From the IMG/VR virus record IMGVR_UViG_3300031669_000087: DNA of 40,277 bases, one strand, 5' to 3'. Under the pieces are notes generated by a model. That model searched no databases, was not told where the DNA came from, and saw only the letters and a program-made list of their open reading frames with translations. The translations under genes were made by a program, and so were the position numbers. Position 1 is the first letter of the stretch; the number at the start of each line of letters is the position of its first letter. Shown here in pieces: positions 39,854 through 40,277 of this stretch. The stretch is from a virus.

Positions 39854-40277
39854 ATGGACTTCGACACCGCATTCAGCAGGCTCATCGACAGCGAGGGCGG
39901 CTACACCAACAACCCCGCCGACCCTGGCGGTGAGACCAAGTTCGGGATCAGTAAACGGTCCTACCCTGACGTGGACATCGCCAACCTCACACTCGATGGG
40001 GCCAAGGCCATCTACATGCGTGACTTCTGGAACCCACTGGGGGACGCGCATCCAGCCATCAAGTTCCAGTGCTTCGACTTCGCCGTGAACTCGGGGATTG
40101 GCACGGCGATCCGCAAGCTCCAACTCGCCGTGGGTGTGGCCGATGATGGCCACTGGGGGCCGCAGAGCGCGGCGGCTCTCGCAGGCATGGACCTCAACGA
40201 TGTGCTGATGCGCTTCGCAGCGCAGCGGCTCATCTTCATGACTTCACTCTCTACCTGGGACTCGTTCGGCAAGGGCT
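39854..40277 (+). CDS. GH108-type endolysin with PG_binding_3-like C-terminus (5' part; continues at 1..125)
   Basis: MDFDTAFSRLIDSEGGYTNNPADPGGETKFGISKRSYP carries the EGGY and DPGG-T-x-GI signatures. The downstream DDGHWGPQSAAAL is peptidoglycan-binding-like. AGGAGAAAAA RBS. Confidence 0.85.
   Translation, partial: MDFDTAFSRLIDSEGGYTNNPADPGGETKFGISKRSYPDVDIANLTLDGAKAIYMRDFWNPLGDAHPAIKFQCFDFAVNSGIGTAIRKLQLAVGVADDGHWGPQSAAALAGMDLNDVLMRFAAQRLIFMTSLSTWDSFGKG
40203..40277. repeat. Terminal overlap, identical to 1..75
   Basis: Direct reading; see the feature at 1..75. Confidence 0.95.

Noticed and set aside
1-40277. Lysogeny module, diversity-generating retroelement, tRNAs and a phage RNA polymerase. 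These were looked for because the capsid genes resemble those of BPP-1-like phages and the tail genes resemble those of T7-like phages.
   Set aside because: No ORF shows integrase or recombinase, CI-type repressor, reverse-transcriptase (YxDD) or single-subunit RNAP signatures. No cloverleaf-like sequence was seen in the non-coding regions. Their absence is judged by eye only.

Overview
The window is a complete dsDNA phage genome. Bases 1..75 are identical to 40203..40277, so the unique length is 40,202 bp, and an endolysin ORF reads in frame through the junction. By eye the genome is GC-rich, and most genes have GGAGG-type ribosome binding sites. Two divergent transcription arms leave a control region at about 18244..18395 and meet at overlapping stop codons at 966..969.

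Minus arm, in order:
- Seven small early genes (18243 down to 15525), including a 31-unit pentapeptide-repeat protein.
- A bidirectional hairpin terminator.
- An AT-rich island of about 0.5 kb with no convincing ORF.
- A near-consensus sigma70-type promoter.
- About 20 small genes, including a RuvC-like resolvase and a fusion of a degenerate HNH domain with a Cro/YdaS-like HTH.
- A replication module: SNF2 helicase, AT-hook protein, DUF2800-type PD-(D/E)XK nuclease, DUF2815-type SSB, family A DNA polymerase, and a Prim-Pol/SF3 primase-helicase.

Plus arm, in order:
- terS, then a 480-bp AT-rich spacer, then terL.
- A T7 gp8-like portal, scaffold, major capsid and a decoration-like protein.
- A gene series syntenic with T7 gp11 to gp17: two tail-tube proteins, a GNAT-like protein, three internal/ejected proteins and a beta-helix tailspike.
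- A lysis cassette of GH108 endolysin, 3-TM holin and a TM/coiled-coil protein, which wraps the junction.

I recognised no phage RNA polymerase, integrase, classical repressor, reverse transcriptase, tRNA or CRISPR array.

Most interesting observations:
- An ADP-ribosyltransferase-like domain with locally low GC inside the 1474-aa ejected protein.
- The early pentapeptide-repeat protein and its acidic neighbours.
- A strictly 11-bp-phased AGGTTG array in the divergent control region next to terS.
- A conserved TGYCCA box at seven consecutive early gene junctions.
- 14-bp iterons flanking a candidate promoter.
- A decayed duplicate of the endolysin 5' end.
- Three CBM5/12-like repeats inserted in the gp12-like tail protein.

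All family assignments come from motif recognition by eye and memory. None was checked by a search.
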